64,000 bases of DNA, from positions 2,464,001 through 2,528,000 of the forward strand of contig OZ219802.1 of the NCBI GenBank assembly GCA_964291655.2. The letters run 5' to 3'. Numbering within the stretch: the stretch's first letter is position 1; the number at the start of each line of letters is the position of its first letter. This DNA comes from Chloroflexota bacterium (GTDB taxonomy: Bacteria; Chloroflexota; UBA11872; VXOZ01). The position numbers and the translations under genes were made by a program. Of this stretch, positions 1-9,312 are shown in pieces. A model generated the notes under the pieces. The model worked only from the letters and a program-made list of their open reading frames with translations, did not search any database and had not been told where the DNA came from.

Positions 1-122
1 ACTAAGTTGGGTTGTTTCCAAGTGTCTTTCGCTTGGGCGCTGCACTCCAATAAGATCACCTTCGGATGAGAGCAGAGATTCTTCCTAGAGTTGGCAGAAA
101 GTGCCCCGTATGCTAGTAAAGT

Positions 123-139
123 ATATCATAATGTGATAT
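123..139. promoter_or_regulatory. Inverted repeat, candidate HicB operator
   Basis: ATATCA-taatg-TGATAT directly upstream of the hicA start. Confidence 0.45.
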
Positions 140-148
140 GCTTTTCGC

Positions 149-403
149 ATGAGAAGGAAGCATCGCAGGACTTTGGCGGCGCTATTCCGCCGGCCGACTC
201 AGTCAGGCATCCGATGGGACGATATTGAGTCGCTGCTTCTGGCCTGTGGGGCATACATCCAGGAACGAGAGGGTTCAAGAGTCTATATTGAGTTGGATAA
301 CGTTGTCGCACATTTTCACCGGCCACATCCTGAAAAAGAGGTCAGAAAGGGCGCGGTGAACTCCATGTGGAGATTCTTGAGAGAGGCTGGGATCGAGCCA
401 TGA
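149..403 (+). CDS. hicA: HicA-family toxin (mRNA interferase)
   Basis: 84 aa basic protein with 'EREGSRV' and 'FHRPHP' motifs typical of HicA; stop overlaps the next start (ATGA). Confidence 0.9.
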   Translation: MRRKHRRTLAALFRRPTQSGIRWDDIESLLLACGAYIQEREGSRVYIELDNVVAHFHRPHPEKEVRKGAVNSMWRFLREAGIEP

Positions 404-726
404 TGAAGTACAAAGGCTATAGCGCGGCTGTTAGCTTCGATTACGAGGCGGGAGTCTTTCAAGGTGAGGTGGTGGACACGCGTGACGTGATCGTCTTTGA
501 AGGCGACTCCGTGGCGCAACTTGAGAGAGAGTTTCGGTTCTCCATAGACGACTACTTGGCTGCATGTGCTGAGCGGGGCCGGATTCCGGATCGACCGTTC
601 TCAGGGCGGGTTCCGCTGCGTTTAGCGCCAGAGATTCATCGTGCAGCTACGACCGCAGCGCGAGCGGAAGGCAAGAGTCTTAATGCTTGGCTGGCCGAAA
701 CTATTGAAAGGGCGGCATCGGGCTAA
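400..726 (+). CDS. hicB: HicB-family antitoxin with C-terminal RHH
   Basis: MMKYKGY... 'FSGRVPLRLAPEIHR...GKSLNAW' HicB signature; ATG at 400 is coupled to the hicA stop. Confidence 0.9.
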   Translation: MMKYKGYSAAVSFDYEAGVFQGEVVDTRDVIVFEGDSVAQLEREFRFSIDDYLAACAERGRIPDRPFSGRVPLRLAPEIHRAATTAARAEGKSLNAWLAETIERAASG

Positions 727-793
727 TCAACTATAATCTGCCTGCATGAAGCGATGTAGGTAGCACTACGAATCTATCTAGGAGACGTATCCG

Positions 794-1639
794 ATGGCGG
801 CAGATAGCACAGGGGACGAACGGCGCGGCGAGTTTCTCGACGAGCTCTTCGGCCTCAGTGGAGAAGTGGCGGTCGTAGGCGGCGGCACGGGAGTTCTGGG
901 TGGCGAGATTGCCGAGTATCTGGGCAAGGCTGGAGCTCGTGTCGCGGTGCTGGGACGCAACCAGGAAGAGGGCCAACGCCGAGTCAAGGTCATCGCGGAA
1001 GCCGGTGGAGAAGCAATCTTCGTATCCTACGTTGCAACAGACGCGGAGTCGGTCGCGAAAGCGCACGCGCAGGTGCGGGACGCGTTCGGAACGGTTACGG
1101 TGGCGGTAAATGCGGTTGGCGGCAACCACCCGTCCGCTGTCGTCAGCGGGGACCAGGCATTCGAGGATCTCACGCTGGAAGCAGTGCGTGACAACCTCGA
1201 TCTCAATCTCACGTCGGCCTGGCTGGCCTGCCAGGAGTTCGGTCCGGCCATGCTGGCGAACGGACGCGGCAGCGTCATCAACATCGGGTCCATGGCGGGC
1301 GGCGAGCGGCCGCTCTCACGGGTGCCGGTGTACGCCATCGCCAAGTCGGGAGTGGCAACGCTGACATACTTCCTGGCCCGGGAGTGGCAGGGCATTGTGC
1401 GTGTCAATATGATCGTCCCCGGCTTCTTCGAGACGACGCAGAATCGTTCCTTGCTGCGCAATCCAGACGGCAGCCTCAGCGAGCGCGGTGATCAAATCGC
1501 CGCCCACACCCCCATGGGACGCTTTGGCGAGCCCGCCGAGCTTGGCGGAGCGGCAGTCTATCTTGCATCCAACGCCAGCGCTTTTACGACCGGGCTGGCC
1601 TTTGTGGTAGATGGCGGGTTCTCAGTGCAGTCGATTTGA
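794..1639 (+). CDS. Short-chain dehydrogenase/reductase (sugar-acid oxidoreductase-like)
   Basis: GGTGVLG Rossmann motif, YxxxK (YAIAK), 'TPMGRFGEP', 'VDGGF'; RBS AGGAG. Confidence 0.9.
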   Translation: MAADSTGDERRGEFLDELFGLSGEVAVVGGGTGVLGGEIAEYLGKAGARVAVLGRNQEEGQRRVKVIAEAGGEAIFVSYVATDAESVAKAHAQVRDAFGTVTVAVNAVGGNHPSAVVSGDQAFEDLTLEAVRDNLDLNLTSAWLACQEFGPAMLANGRGSVINIGSMAGGERPLSRVPVYAIAKSGVATLTYFLAREWQGIVRVNMIVPGFFETTQNRSLLRNPDGSLSERGDQIAAHTPMGRFGEPAELGGAAVYLASNASAFTTGLAFVVDGGFSVQSI

Positions 1640-1726
1640 GGCAGGGTAGAGACGAGGCGAGACCAACGACGGGGAACCGTTGGGGGCGCCCACCAATTGC
1701 TTAGGGAAAGTGGGCTGACTTGCGCG

Positions 1727-1756
1727 TTGACGGCAGATTTGCCGCTTACATATAAT
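1727..1756 (+). promoter_or_regulatory. Sigma70-type promoter of tRNA-Leu
   Basis: TTGACG-N18-TATAAT about 20 nt upstream of the tRNA. Confidence 0.7.
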
Positions 1757-1777
1757 CAGAGTGGAGTAACACCGCAT

Positions 1778-1865
1778 GCCGAAGTGGCGGAATTGGAAGA
1801 CGCGCTAGCTTGAGGGGCTAGTGGGCTTTACGCTCGTAAGGGTTCGAGTCCCTTCTTCGGCACCA
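1778..1865 (+). tRNA. tRNA-Leu (anticodon GAG)
   Basis: Acceptor GCCGAAG/CTTCGGC+ACCA, anticodon stem CTAGC-TTGAGGG-GCTAG, long variable arm, GGTTCGAGTCC T-arm. Confidence 0.97.
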
Positions 1866-1875
1866 GATGGTACAG

Positions 1876-1910
1876 AAAGAGAAGCCACGATCGTGGCTTC
1901 TCTTTTCTTT
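1876..1910 (+). terminator. Intrinsic terminator after tRNA-Leu
   Basis: AAAGAGAAGCCAC-GATC-GTGGCTTCTCTTT hairpin followed by a T-rich run. Confidence 0.75.
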
Positions 1911-2193
1911 TCTAGTGGCTCGCTTGAAACTGGCGTTGGGTGCGCGGGTTAGCCAGTTGGCGCTGCTATTTGCCAGCTATTTGTCGCGCCGGCCAAGCAA
2001 GGTGTCCGGTCAGCCAACGGTCACTCCACTCAACCTTGCGCCATACGCAGAAGGCGACTACTCTGCGCAGTGCATGTGAATTGCGGGGCCTGCGGTTGGA
2101 GACTCCGGCCCAATCCCATCAAGTTATCGTCAGGCCCCAAGCCTGGGATATCGGTATGATCCACTTGGGTCGCATCCCGTTCGGCAGCCGGGA

Positions 2194-2904
2194 CTAGCGC
2201 ACAGTGAAGAGCATGCGGCCGCAGCTATCGCAGTAGACAACCTCTTGGTTCTGCTGGGTGCGGCGTAGTTGCGTGTCAGGGAGCGCAATGTGGCAGAATG
2301 TGCACCGGCCCTGGGATACAGGCACCAGGACGTTGCCGCCAAGGCGTGACCGCAGCGATTCGTAGACTGCAACGAGAGCGGGGTCGTTCTGGCCCAGCAA
2401 TGCGGCGCGTTCTTTGTCTCGCGCTGGGATTGCCACCGCTAACTCTTGCAGACGCGCGCCAAATTCCTTCTGTTTGGTGGCAAACGTCGCTTCAAGCGCA
2501 TCAAGGTGGGACTGTTGCTCATCCTGCGCGTCTGCGGTTTCTTCAGCAACGACCATGGCTTGGAGCGCCTGTTCTTCGCGCACGGCGCGCTGCTGCATGA
2601 GTTGCGAGATGTCCGCTTGCAAGGCCTCCAGTTCCCGTGCGCTAACCACGCTGCCACTGTAGAGGCGCTTCGACTTCTCCTCTACCCCTGCGGTAATGGT
2701 CGCCAGTGCCAGTTCGGAATCCCGCAGCGCAGCGCTCGCCTGCTCCTGCGATTTCGTCAGCGTCGCAAGTTTGCGGCGAGCCGCTTCGATTTCCCCATGA
2801 TCGGCGAGAGCGGATTCGATCTGACTAACCTCAGTGCGGAACGCGTCCAACTGAAGATCAATCTCTTGTAGAGTCTGTAAGCTCTCGAAAGCAAGTACAG
2901 GCAT
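2194..2904 (-). CDS. Coiled-coil protein with C4-type zinc ribbon (DUF164/CT398-like)
   Basis: Long coiled coil, then CTFCH...CDSCGRML; start taken at MPVLAF (ORF extends to 2949). Confidence 0.85.
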   Translation of the reverse strand: MPVLAFESLQTLQEIDLQLDAFRTEVSQIESALADHGEIEAARRKLATLTKSQEQASAALRDSELALATITAGVEEKSKRLYSGSVVSARELEALQADISQLMQQRAVREEQALQAMVVAEETADAQDEQQSHLDALEATFATKQKEFGARLQELAVAIPARDKERAALLGQNDPALVAVYESLRSRLGGNVLVPVSQGRCTFCHIALPDTQLRRTQQNQEVVYCDSCGRMLFTVR

Positions 2905-3267
2905 TGCGCTGATCCTGTGCAAATAAACGGCTCTCCCGCCATTATACAATTCTCATCCCCCGTAGAGTGTGCTATGCTCTTGTGCAGTAGTCTGGGCAAG
3001 GCCGCTAAGGCGTTTTCGTACGCGGCAAGTGGGTAGAGCGGCCGCCACGGAACGACAAGCCAAATGAGACTGGGACGGCACGAAGGACAAGGTTCCTTTT
3101 GTGTGTCGGCAGTCTTGCTATGATGCCGCGTGGGTAGCTTGGCGACTTGTGATAATGGTATTATTTGGCATACCATTGGAATACTAAGCCAGATAAATGC
3201 GGATATTGAAGTGCGTGATGTAGCTCACCTTGCCGACAGCGCTGCACTCGAGAATACAGGAGGGACC

Positions 3268-4197
3268 ATGAGACGGCTGAAGTTGCCATTCATCTATCGG
3301 ATAGCAATCCTAAGTTTTGTTCTGCTTATTGCCGGGGCAGCCTGCGGTGTGGAAGAAAGACTCGATGCGCAAGAGACGCCAATCAGTGCAAACCCGAGCC
3401 TTGTGGCCACGGCACAGGCGCGCGCGATAGCCGAGGCGGAAGAGAGCCGGCGCGACTTGCCGCTGCGTATGGAAGTCGATGAGGCTGCTGCGGGCAACGC
3501 CGAAATCGGTGTGGCGCTCAACTCCTACAAAGGCTCCGTCTTCGTGAACGGTCGCCGCATGCCGCAACCCTCTACTCTTGGTGGCAATACGTTCGTGGTC
3601 TGGGTTGGCGCCGAGCGCAATGGCACTATCGTATTTGAGAACGGCGGAGCGCTGATTTCCGACATTTCCCGTGTTGCTACTCTTTGGACGTATACGACGT
3701 TTGACGCGGTAAAGGCGATCTATATTACCGCTGAAGAGCATGCGTTAGTGGCACAACCTTCGACTGCGATAGAAGATGCAGCTCTCCGGCTCATCTTGGC
3801 GCGACCAATGATCATGCGTCCCGGCAGGCTATTTCAACTGCAGCCAACCGAGCTTGGCGGTGACGTTAATACAATAGTGCGTATTGGTGTCAATGGTGGA
3901 ATCTCAATAACCTTTGCCGGGCTCAAGCAGCCGCGTGAGTACGGCGATAAGTTCCTCGTTTTCTGGGTTCTCGATACGCTGAGCGAGGATCCGCTAACCT
4001 ACAACGGCTCGTGGCTCACCGTGACGCCAAATGGGGATTCTCAGATTGTCATGACGGCCCCGCCCGAGACCAAGGGCATGCGGCAGTATAATCGGTTGCT
4101 CATAACCGCTGAAAATCTTACTGACGTGAGGGGACCGAGTGGTGAACTGGTCATCTTCACGTTGGATAACGAGACGCCTTTCTGGGAGACGATCTAG
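3268..4197 (+). CDS. Hypothetical lipoprotein
   Basis: RBS AGGAGGG before ATG 3268; signal peptide with lipobox-like 'GAAC'; no recognised domain. Confidence 0.7.
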   Translation: MRRLKLPFIYRIAILSFVLLIAGAACGVEERLDAQETPISANPSLVATAQARAIAEAEESRRDLPLRMEVDEAAAGNAEIGVALNSYKGSVFVNGRRMPQPSTLGGNTFVVWVGAERNGTIVFENGGALISDISRVATLWTYTTFDAVKAIYITAEEHALVAQPSTAIEDAALRLILARPMIMRPGRLFQLQPTELGGDVNTIVRIGVNGGISITFAGLKQPREYGDKFLVFWVLDTLSEDPLTYNGSWLTVTPNGDSQIVMTAPPETKGMRQYNRLLITAENLTDVRGPSGELVIFTLDNETPFWETI

Positions 4198-4364
4198 GCT
4201 GGCGTGTTGCAGCGGCTTTGTGCGGGAAGACTGCAAGCTCGTCCGGTGCTGCTGTGGCGCTATAAAGAGCAAGATTGAGGCTGCCCCAAACAGTGAGCCA
4301 TTGATCTACGCCTAGGAGTCACGAACGGTAGAGAGACTGCAGGCGGGTGCATCGAGGAGAACTC

Positions 4365-5627
4365 ATGGCTAACTTGCCCAGTATGGTTCACGTGCGACAG
4401 CGCTTCTCTACGGACCAGATCGAAGACCTCACGGGTACCATACGCGCCGAGTTGGCGCGGGTGGGCCTGGACAGAGTCGTTATTCCCGGTATGGAAGTCG
4501 CTATCACGGCCGGCAGCCGTGGCATTACCCGCATTCCGGAGATCATCCGCACGGTAGCCGAGGCAGTGCGAGCGGCCGGCGCTACCCCCTTCATCGTGCC
4601 GGCCATGGGCAGCCACGGCGGCGCTATTGCGGAGGGGCAGGCTGCTGTGCTGCGGGACTACGGCATCACCGAAGAGTCAACGGGAGCAGAAGTCCGCGCC
4701 ACGATGGATGTGGCAAACCTGGGCACAACGGTAAATGGCGCGTCGGTCTACTTTGATCGCAACGCCTATAGTGCCGACGCAGTGATTGTCGTTGCTCGCG
4801 TGAAGCCCCACACAAGTTTCCGCGGCCCGGTGGAGAGCGGCCTCTGCAAGATGATAACGGTGGGCCTGGGCAAGCAGAGGGGCGCGGAGCAGATGCACGC
4901 CCACGGCTTGGCGGAGACAATTCCGCAGGCCGCCGCCCATGCAATTGAGAAGTCGAATATCGTCCTCGGCCTCGGCGTCGTCGAAAACGGCTACGACCAA
5001 CCACACACGATCAGGGCTGCCCTGGCGGAAGACATCTACGAGACCGATAGAGAACTGCAGACCCTTTCAAAGACCCTCTTGCCGCGTGTGCCGTTCGATG
5101 AGCTTGATCTCCTCATAGTGGACGTGATGGGCAAGAACATCTCGGGAGCGGGCATGGATCCAAACGTCATTGGGCTCAACCGCGGCATGACTATGGACCG
5201 TCACCCCAACTACAAGCGTGTGCTGGTGCGCGACCTGACGCCGGAATCGCACGGCAATTCGGTGGGCATCGGCCACGCCGACTTCGTGACGAAACGCCTG
5301 GCCGACAAGATCAACTACTACGATCTTTACATGAACGCCCTCACCGCCAACAACCCGGCCGTGGCCAAGATTCCCATTACTCTGGAGACAGACAAGGTCG
5401 CGATTGAGACGGCCTTCAAGTCGGCCTGCACCGACGTGGCGGAACCCCGCGTCGTCCGCATCTACAGCACGCTCCATTTAGATTATCTCCTCTTCTCCGA
5501 GGCGCTCATTCCCATGGCGCAGGAGAACCCCGACCTGGAAATTCTCGACAAGCCCTATGAGTGGCAGTTCGACGCCGCCGGCAATCTGGTAGAGGCCGGA
5601 CTGCTCCACCAGCCGCAGAGCGCTTAG
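4365..5627 (+). CDS. LarA (lactate racemase)-superfamily / DUF362-like protein
   Basis: 'AGSRGI', 'PAMGSHGG', 'RVKPHTSF..ESGLCKM...GLGK' motifs; RBS GAGGAG. Confidence 0.75.
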   Translation: MANLPSMVHVRQRFSTDQIEDLTGTIRAELARVGLDRVVIPGMEVAITAGSRGITRIPEIIRTVAEAVRAAGATPFIVPAMGSHGGAIAEGQAAVLRDYGITEESTGAEVRATMDVANLGTTVNGASVYFDRNAYSADAVIVVARVKPHTSFRGPVESGLCKMITVGLGKQRGAEQMHAHGLAETIPQAAAHAIEKSNIVLGLGVVENGYDQPHTIRAALAEDIYETDRELQTLSKTLLPRVPFDELDLLIVDVMGKNISGAGMDPNVIGLNRGMTMDRHPNYKRVLVRDLTPESHGNSVGIGHADFVTKRLADKINYYDLYMNALTANNPAVAKIPITLETDKVAIETAFKSACTDVAEPRVVRIYSTLHLDYLLFSEALIPMAQENPDLEILDKPYEWQFDAAGNLVEAGLLHQPQSA

Positions 5628-5927
5628 ACGAGAGACCCAGGCAGCACGTCCACGTGGGTGATGCTTGATGCCCCACGTGGCCCCCTTGATGGCACTGCTC
5701 TTGACACAACTCTAGTTTGGTCGAGCGATTGCCGCCATGGGTCGTGGCAGAAAGAGCCCAGCGACGTACGCAGGTGGGTTCCGCATTTCTACGTCTTGGC
5801 AGAATCCTCGCATTAAATGGTACTGACATACCAATCATTCGCGTCTAGAAATAGTTCTCGAATGGTACAATTGCAAGGTGGAAGCTAGGATGTGGGATCG
5901 CGTTCGAGCCGGTGGGAGAATCACGAA

Positions 5928-6131
5928 GTGGAGATCAACTGGGAATTCGCCGCAACAATAGGAACGGTTATCGCGGCGGCCATAGGTCTGGTTTGGCGAT
6001 TCGAGACTCGCATCTCTGGAATTGAGAGCCGGCTTGGAGACCGCATGACTGATCTGTTCGACCGGGTTTCTCGCAATGAGGGAAAGCTTGAAGGCAACCT
6101 TATGCAAGCAAGCGGACGTGGGGAAACTTGA
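5928..6131 (+). CDS. Small membrane protein (TM helix plus coiled coil)
   Basis: GTG start after GGGAG; hydrophobic 'FAATIGTVIAAAIGLVW' followed by a heptad-like tail. Confidence 0.5.
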   Translation: MEINWEFAATIGTVIAAAIGLVWRFETRISGIESRLGDRMTDLFDRVSRNEGKLEGNLMQASGRGET

Positions 6132-6260
6132 GAGACGTAATAAATTCTCCATGTAGAAACGGCGCCTAGGCGTAGCAGCCTTGCTACTTGGGATTCGAGC
6201 GAGCACGATCCGGTGCGCGTGAAAACTGCAAATTCACTTTGAAGAATCGCTGCCGTATGG

Positions 6261-6288
6261 TTGCCTAGGTCATCCGGCATGATATGAT
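6261..6288 (+). promoter_or_regulatory. Promoter of ssrA
   Basis: TTGCCT-N16-TATGAT with an extended -10 TG, 11 nt before the tmRNA 5' end. Confidence 0.55.
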
Positions 6289-6299
6289 TAAGTATGTAT

Positions 6300-6673
6300 G
6301 GGGATGAGTGGATTCGACAGGGCTGGGAGGCCTGGAACTGCGAGCCGAGGTGCTATCACCCTCGTTAATCAGATAGCAACTTTTTTAAGTGCCAACAAGC
6401 ACAATTTTGCTCTCGCGGCCTAAATAGAGCTGTGACGTCCATCTGCTCTTCCTCCGGTGAGCGCAGCGTGGGCGACCTTTTAGCCGGAGTGCCGCAGTCC
6501 ATGCGGATAATATCCGCCGCCTTCGGGGACTGTGAAAGACAAACGGAGGCTAATTCTCAGAGGTTTTCGTCCGCTCGTGCTCTGGGAATGAAACCCAAAA
6601 GCTGACTACGCTCGTAGAGGTTGCAGGAAGAACAGCTTTGGACGGGGAGTTCGACCCTCCCCCATCTCCACCA
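6300..6673 (+). ncRNA. ssrA: tmRNA; tag peptide (A)ANKHNFALAA*
   Basis: 5' GGGGATG..GGATTCGAC and 3' GTTCGA...CATCTCCACCA with a G3-U wobble; resume ORF 6391-6423 ends in ALAA-TAA. Confidence 0.96.
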
Positions 6674-6915
6674 AAGAGACAGTCAATTGCAAGTCTGCCC
6701 TATAGACTACCGGCGGCTTGCACCATTTGCTCAGGCATGACGAGGTTGTCATCGTTGTATCGTGGCTGCCGCTAGGCGGTGGTTCTAAGTTCTTGAGACC
6801 AGTGTTTCACTGTGTGGCAGAAGACGTTAATCTGAGGCCCGTTATGCTATAATGCCGATGCGAGGAGCTGACTCAAGAGCATTTCGCGTTAGGTTGGAAG
6901 AAAGAGAGCGACAAC

Positions 6916-7227
6916 GTGATTACGGTTACGGACTTGGCGGCGGCTGAATTACAGCGGCTTATGACGGATAACGACATGGATGATGCCAAGCTGCGCATCT
7001 TTGTGCAGAGCGAGTGCGGCTGCGGCAAGGTGAACTTCGGCATGGGCTTCGACCAGCAGGTTGAAGATAACGATCAGGTGGTTGACTCTTCCGGGGTCGG
7101 GGTGGTGATGGATCCGCAGGCGTTCGCGGCGCTGGATGGCGCATCGGTGGAGTTTGTGAGTGAAGGCGCGCGCCGCGGTTTTACCATAAGCGGGGTGGAT
7201 ACCGCCGGCTGAGGCGGCGGTGAATAG
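6916..7227 (+). CDS. IscA/HesB-family Fe-S assembly protein; probable selenoprotein (UGA at 7210-7212), otherwise ends at 7212
   Basis: 'ITVTDLAAAEL..LRIFV..CGCG..FGMGFD..DD..GV.VVMDP...L.GA.VEFV..GF.I' fold motifs; TGA GGC GGC GGT GAA TAG lies at the position of the family's C-terminal Cys motif. Confidence 0.85.
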
Positions 7228-7267
7228 AAAGCCCGTGTAGGCTTTCACCAAGGCAAGATCGGACAAT

Positions 7268-7316
7268 AAGGAGCATTTGGCTTTTCCTGGCTGAACAGGG
7301 AAGCGGAATGCTCCTT
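7268..7316 (+). terminator. Long hairpin downstream of the hesB-like gene
   Basis: AAGGAGCATT...AATGCTCCTT 10-bp inverted repeat with an inner stem; function uncertain. Confidence 0.4.
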
Positions 7317-7317
7317 T

Positions 7318-7641
7318 CGCTTTGCCGTCAGCAACGCGTCAGAAGCGTGCGGAATCTTGCGCTGCGGCCAGTCGATGGCCATGATCCTGGACAGGTGCGG
7401 TCCCAGGGACAGCGACTGCGGCGCTACCGAAGACATCGTGCATCCACTACGGCCCCTCACAGTCTTGCTCATGCTGCTCGGCATCAGCATGCTCCAGAGC
7501 TTACCCTTTCACCGCCGGGCCTTGGGCTCGCTGGAACACTTCCACCGCTCGCTCAGGTGCGAGGCGCTCACCGGCCGCAACTCTTCAATCCTCGCGCACT
7601 GCCGGCGTGTATTCGAAACTTGGCGCGACTTCGCAGACTGA
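7318..7641 (+). pseudogene. Degenerate IS481-family (rve integrase core) transposase remnant
   Basis: Translation 'MILDRCGP..PLTVLLMLLGI...PFHRRALGSLEHFHRSLRCEALTGR...LAHCRRVFETWRD' resembles the IS481 core pattern 'DNGSP..LT.WL..LGI....PYHPQT.GK.ERFHRSLK.E'; N-terminus missing. Confidence 0.6.
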
Positions 7642-7712
7642 GGGCAGCCTAATCAACCTGAAGCGCCTTCACTCTGCCCTCGATATTGAAACTCTGGTAT
7701 TGCCAACTGGGG

Positions 7713-8882
7713 CTACACCTCCGCGCGCCGGTCTTCCCAGGCATGCCAGTAGAGGGTCTCGATTTCCTCGTGCGATGCTTGGCGGGGGTTGCTGGCAGCG
7801 TTGGGGTCCCGGGAGCCGTTGGCAACCATGTGGGGAAGCGCTTGGGACAATTGCTCTTTCGTTACCCCAACTTCCTGTAGTGATGCCGGTATGCCAGCCT
7901 GGGTACGCAGCTTTTTCAGGGCCTCGACGAGGCAGGCAATGGGTCTATCTCCGCCCAGGCCAAGCCGCGCGGCCAGTTCGGTGTAGAGATCTGCTGCTGC
8001 CTGCGCGTTGAAGGCGACGACGTGCGGCAAGAGCAGCGCATTGGCGCGGCCATGGGAGATGCCGAAAGCCGGCGTGACTTGGTGCGAAAGCGCGTGGCAA
8101 AGTCCCAGTCCGGCGCGCATAGTAGCGCCGGCCATGGTCGCGGCCACGTGCATCTCGGCGCGGGCAGGCGAGTTTCTTGATTGTTGTACGGAAGCGGGCA
8201 GGTGCGCTATGACAGCGGCAATCGCCGCGCTTGCCAGACCTTGCGTCAGGCGATGGGATTCCACACAGGCGTACGATTCTACCGCATGCGCCAGCGCGTC
8301 GTAGCCGCTGTCTGCCGCCACGTGGTGCGGCATGGTGGCTGGCACCGCCGGATCGAGGATGGCCGCGTCGGGCGGGCCGGTAAAGAGGATTCGCTTAACC
8401 GGGGGTTGTGCGGCGGTCTCTGTAATCACCGCTCCCCGGCTGACTTCCGAGCCGGTGCCACTGGTGGAAGGAATGGCGATGCAAGCGATTTGGCCGGCCT
8501 CGCGCGGCGGCGGATTGAAGCCCGCGGCCACGAGCTCCGGCACGGATGTGTTTGGGGTTTCGCAGGCGGCACGGATAGTCTTGGTGACATCCAGCGTAGA
8601 GCCGCCGCCCAGGCCGACGATCGTATCCGGCGCAAACTCCTCGGCAAGTGCCACGCCCGCGGCGCAGGTCTCCTGCGATGGGTCGGGCTCGACGGCGTCG
8701 AATGTGGTCGTGGCTGCGCCCGCCTGGTGCGCCAGGCCGCAGACGCGTTCGGTGAATCCCAACTGCGTCATCGCGGGATCCGCCACCACCATCACCCGCT
8801 TGCCGCAGAGTGACGGCAGCACGTCTAACGCGCCGTCGCCAAGATGAATCTCGGTAGCGATTGAAAAAGACTGGATCTCCAC
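7713..8882 (-). CDS. Iron-containing alcohol dehydrogenase
   Basis: GGGSTLD, STSGTGSE, DALAHAVE, HALSH and HGRANA motifs; GTG start after AGGAGG. Confidence 0.92.
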   Translation of the reverse strand: MEIQSFSIATEIHLGDGALDVLPSLCGKRVMVVADPAMTQLGFTERVCGLAHQAGAATTTFDAVEPDPSQETCAAGVALAEEFAPDTIVGLGGGSTLDVTKTIRAACETPNTSVPELVAAGFNPPPREAGQIACIAIPSTSGTGSEVSRGAVITETAAQPPVKRILFTGPPDAAILDPAVPATMPHHVAADSGYDALAHAVESYACVESHRLTQGLASAAIAAVIAHLPASVQQSRNSPARAEMHVAATMAGATMRAGLGLCHALSHQVTPAFGISHGRANALLLPHVVAFNAQAAADLYTELAARLGLGGDRPIACLVEALKKLRTQAGIPASLQEVGVTKEQLSQALPHMVANGSRDPNAASNPRQASHEEIETLYWHAWEDRRAEV

Positions 8883-9195
8883 AAGCAGTAGTCCTCCTAT
8901 GTCTTGAGTCAACGAACCTAAGCTGCCAAGATGGAATGCATACGTCTAAGTTGGCCGGTTAGAGTTGAGGTCATTCTACTCTCTGAAGCGCGGTGCTGCA
9001 CCAAAGAAACGCCGAGAGATGTATCGCTGCGTTGATTGCGTACGTCTCCATAAGCGAAATAGTGAGCGTGATTGTGCTAGGCAACTGCAGCAAAGAACAC
9101 ATGCGGCATTTTTCCGCTCAAGGTGTCGGCCCTAGGTGTTTGCCTATTGGGGGATATTCATACCAGGTGAATCTTCTGGATTCGACACCTTCCGC

Positions 9196-9250
9196 TTGAC
9201 TCGTTGTATGGATGATTGCGACAATAATTCCTAGGAGTTTACTAGGAATT
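9196..9250 (+). promoter_or_regulatory. Promoter and perfect 9-bp inverted-repeat operator upstream of the Rieske gene
   Basis: TTGACT-N18-GACAAT followed by AATTCCTAG-N7-CTAGGAATT (9226-9250). Confidence 0.6.
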
Positions 9251-9312
9251 CGACAATTGCCCATAAACAGGATACAAGAGAATCGTCGGTTTCCATTGTG
9301 AAAGGATTGCTG

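Noticed and set aside
1911-2193. RNase P or SRP RNA next to the zinc-ribbon gene
   Set aside because: No GAGGAAAGTCC or SRP GGAA-loop consensus found on either strand.
1778-6673. Genomic island integrated at tRNA-Leu or ssrA
   Set aside because: No integrase and no duplicated 3' end of either RNA seen in the window.
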